A stretch of 35,403 bases of DNA from Bdellovibrionales bacterium. Lineage in GTDB: Bacteria > Bdellovibrionota > Bdellovibrionia > Bdellovibrionales > UBA840. Each line of letters opens with the position of its first letter. Position 1 is the stretch's first letter. Of the stretch, positions 35,376 through 35,403 are shown in pieces. The translations under genes were made by a program, and so were the position numbers. The DNA lies in assembly GCA_037969075.1 (NCBI GenBank), contig JBBKWS010000174.1, forward strand, positions 1 through 35,403, written 5' to 3'. The notes beneath the pieces were generated by a model. The model did no database searches. It saw only the letters and a list, made by a program, of their open reading frames with translations, and was not told the DNA's origin.

Positions 35376-35403
35376 AAAAGCTCGCGCCTGCGGGCTTTTT
35401 TTT
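35376..35403 (+). terminator. intrinsic terminator after the tRNA
   Basis: AAAAGCTCGC-GCCT-GCGGGCTTTTTTTT. Confidence 0.85.

Noticed and set aside
1..35403. CRISPR array, prophage, integron, rRNA or defence island
   Set aside because: No regularly spaced repeats, cas/integrase/phage genes or rRNA-like tracts were seen, and no intergenic gap is longer than about 300 bp.

Overview
AT-rich bacterial chromosomal window made mostly of housekeeping genes. Gene content and order suggest a Bdellovibrionota-like (former deltaproteobacterial) genome; this is an inference and was not verified. From left to right: the end of a menaquinone cluster (menA fragment, menC, menE, an antisense thioesterase, a polyprenyl synthase), then a YegD-like Hsp70. 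Next is a complete 1025-bp IS1-like insertion sequence (4850-5874) with 29-bp imperfect terminal inverted repeats and a 9-bp target duplication, inserted into the overlapping stop codons of two convergent genes. It is followed by mltA, a GNAT, a polysaccharide deacetylase, rluA, a crotonase, oxyR, an exported metallothionein-like peptide and gshB. Further along are an orphan lipoprotein behind a sigma54-type promoter, a lysyl endopeptidase-like protease, pdxH-metG-trmH-trmO, an orphan 83-aa gene behind tandem NrdR-like boxes, suhB, a methyltransferase, a DEDDh exonuclease, a DCC oxidoreductase, ygfZ, trmK and plsC. The window ends with the TIGR03546/TIGR03545-like pair, a metzincin, yicC-gmk-rpoZ-rel, spoVG and tRNA-Gln(UUG). 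No CRISPR array, prophage or rRNA was seen. The best leads are the oxyR/exported Cys-rich peptide/gshB module, the DDN-type IS with atypical ends, and the NrdR-like boxes before an orphan gene.
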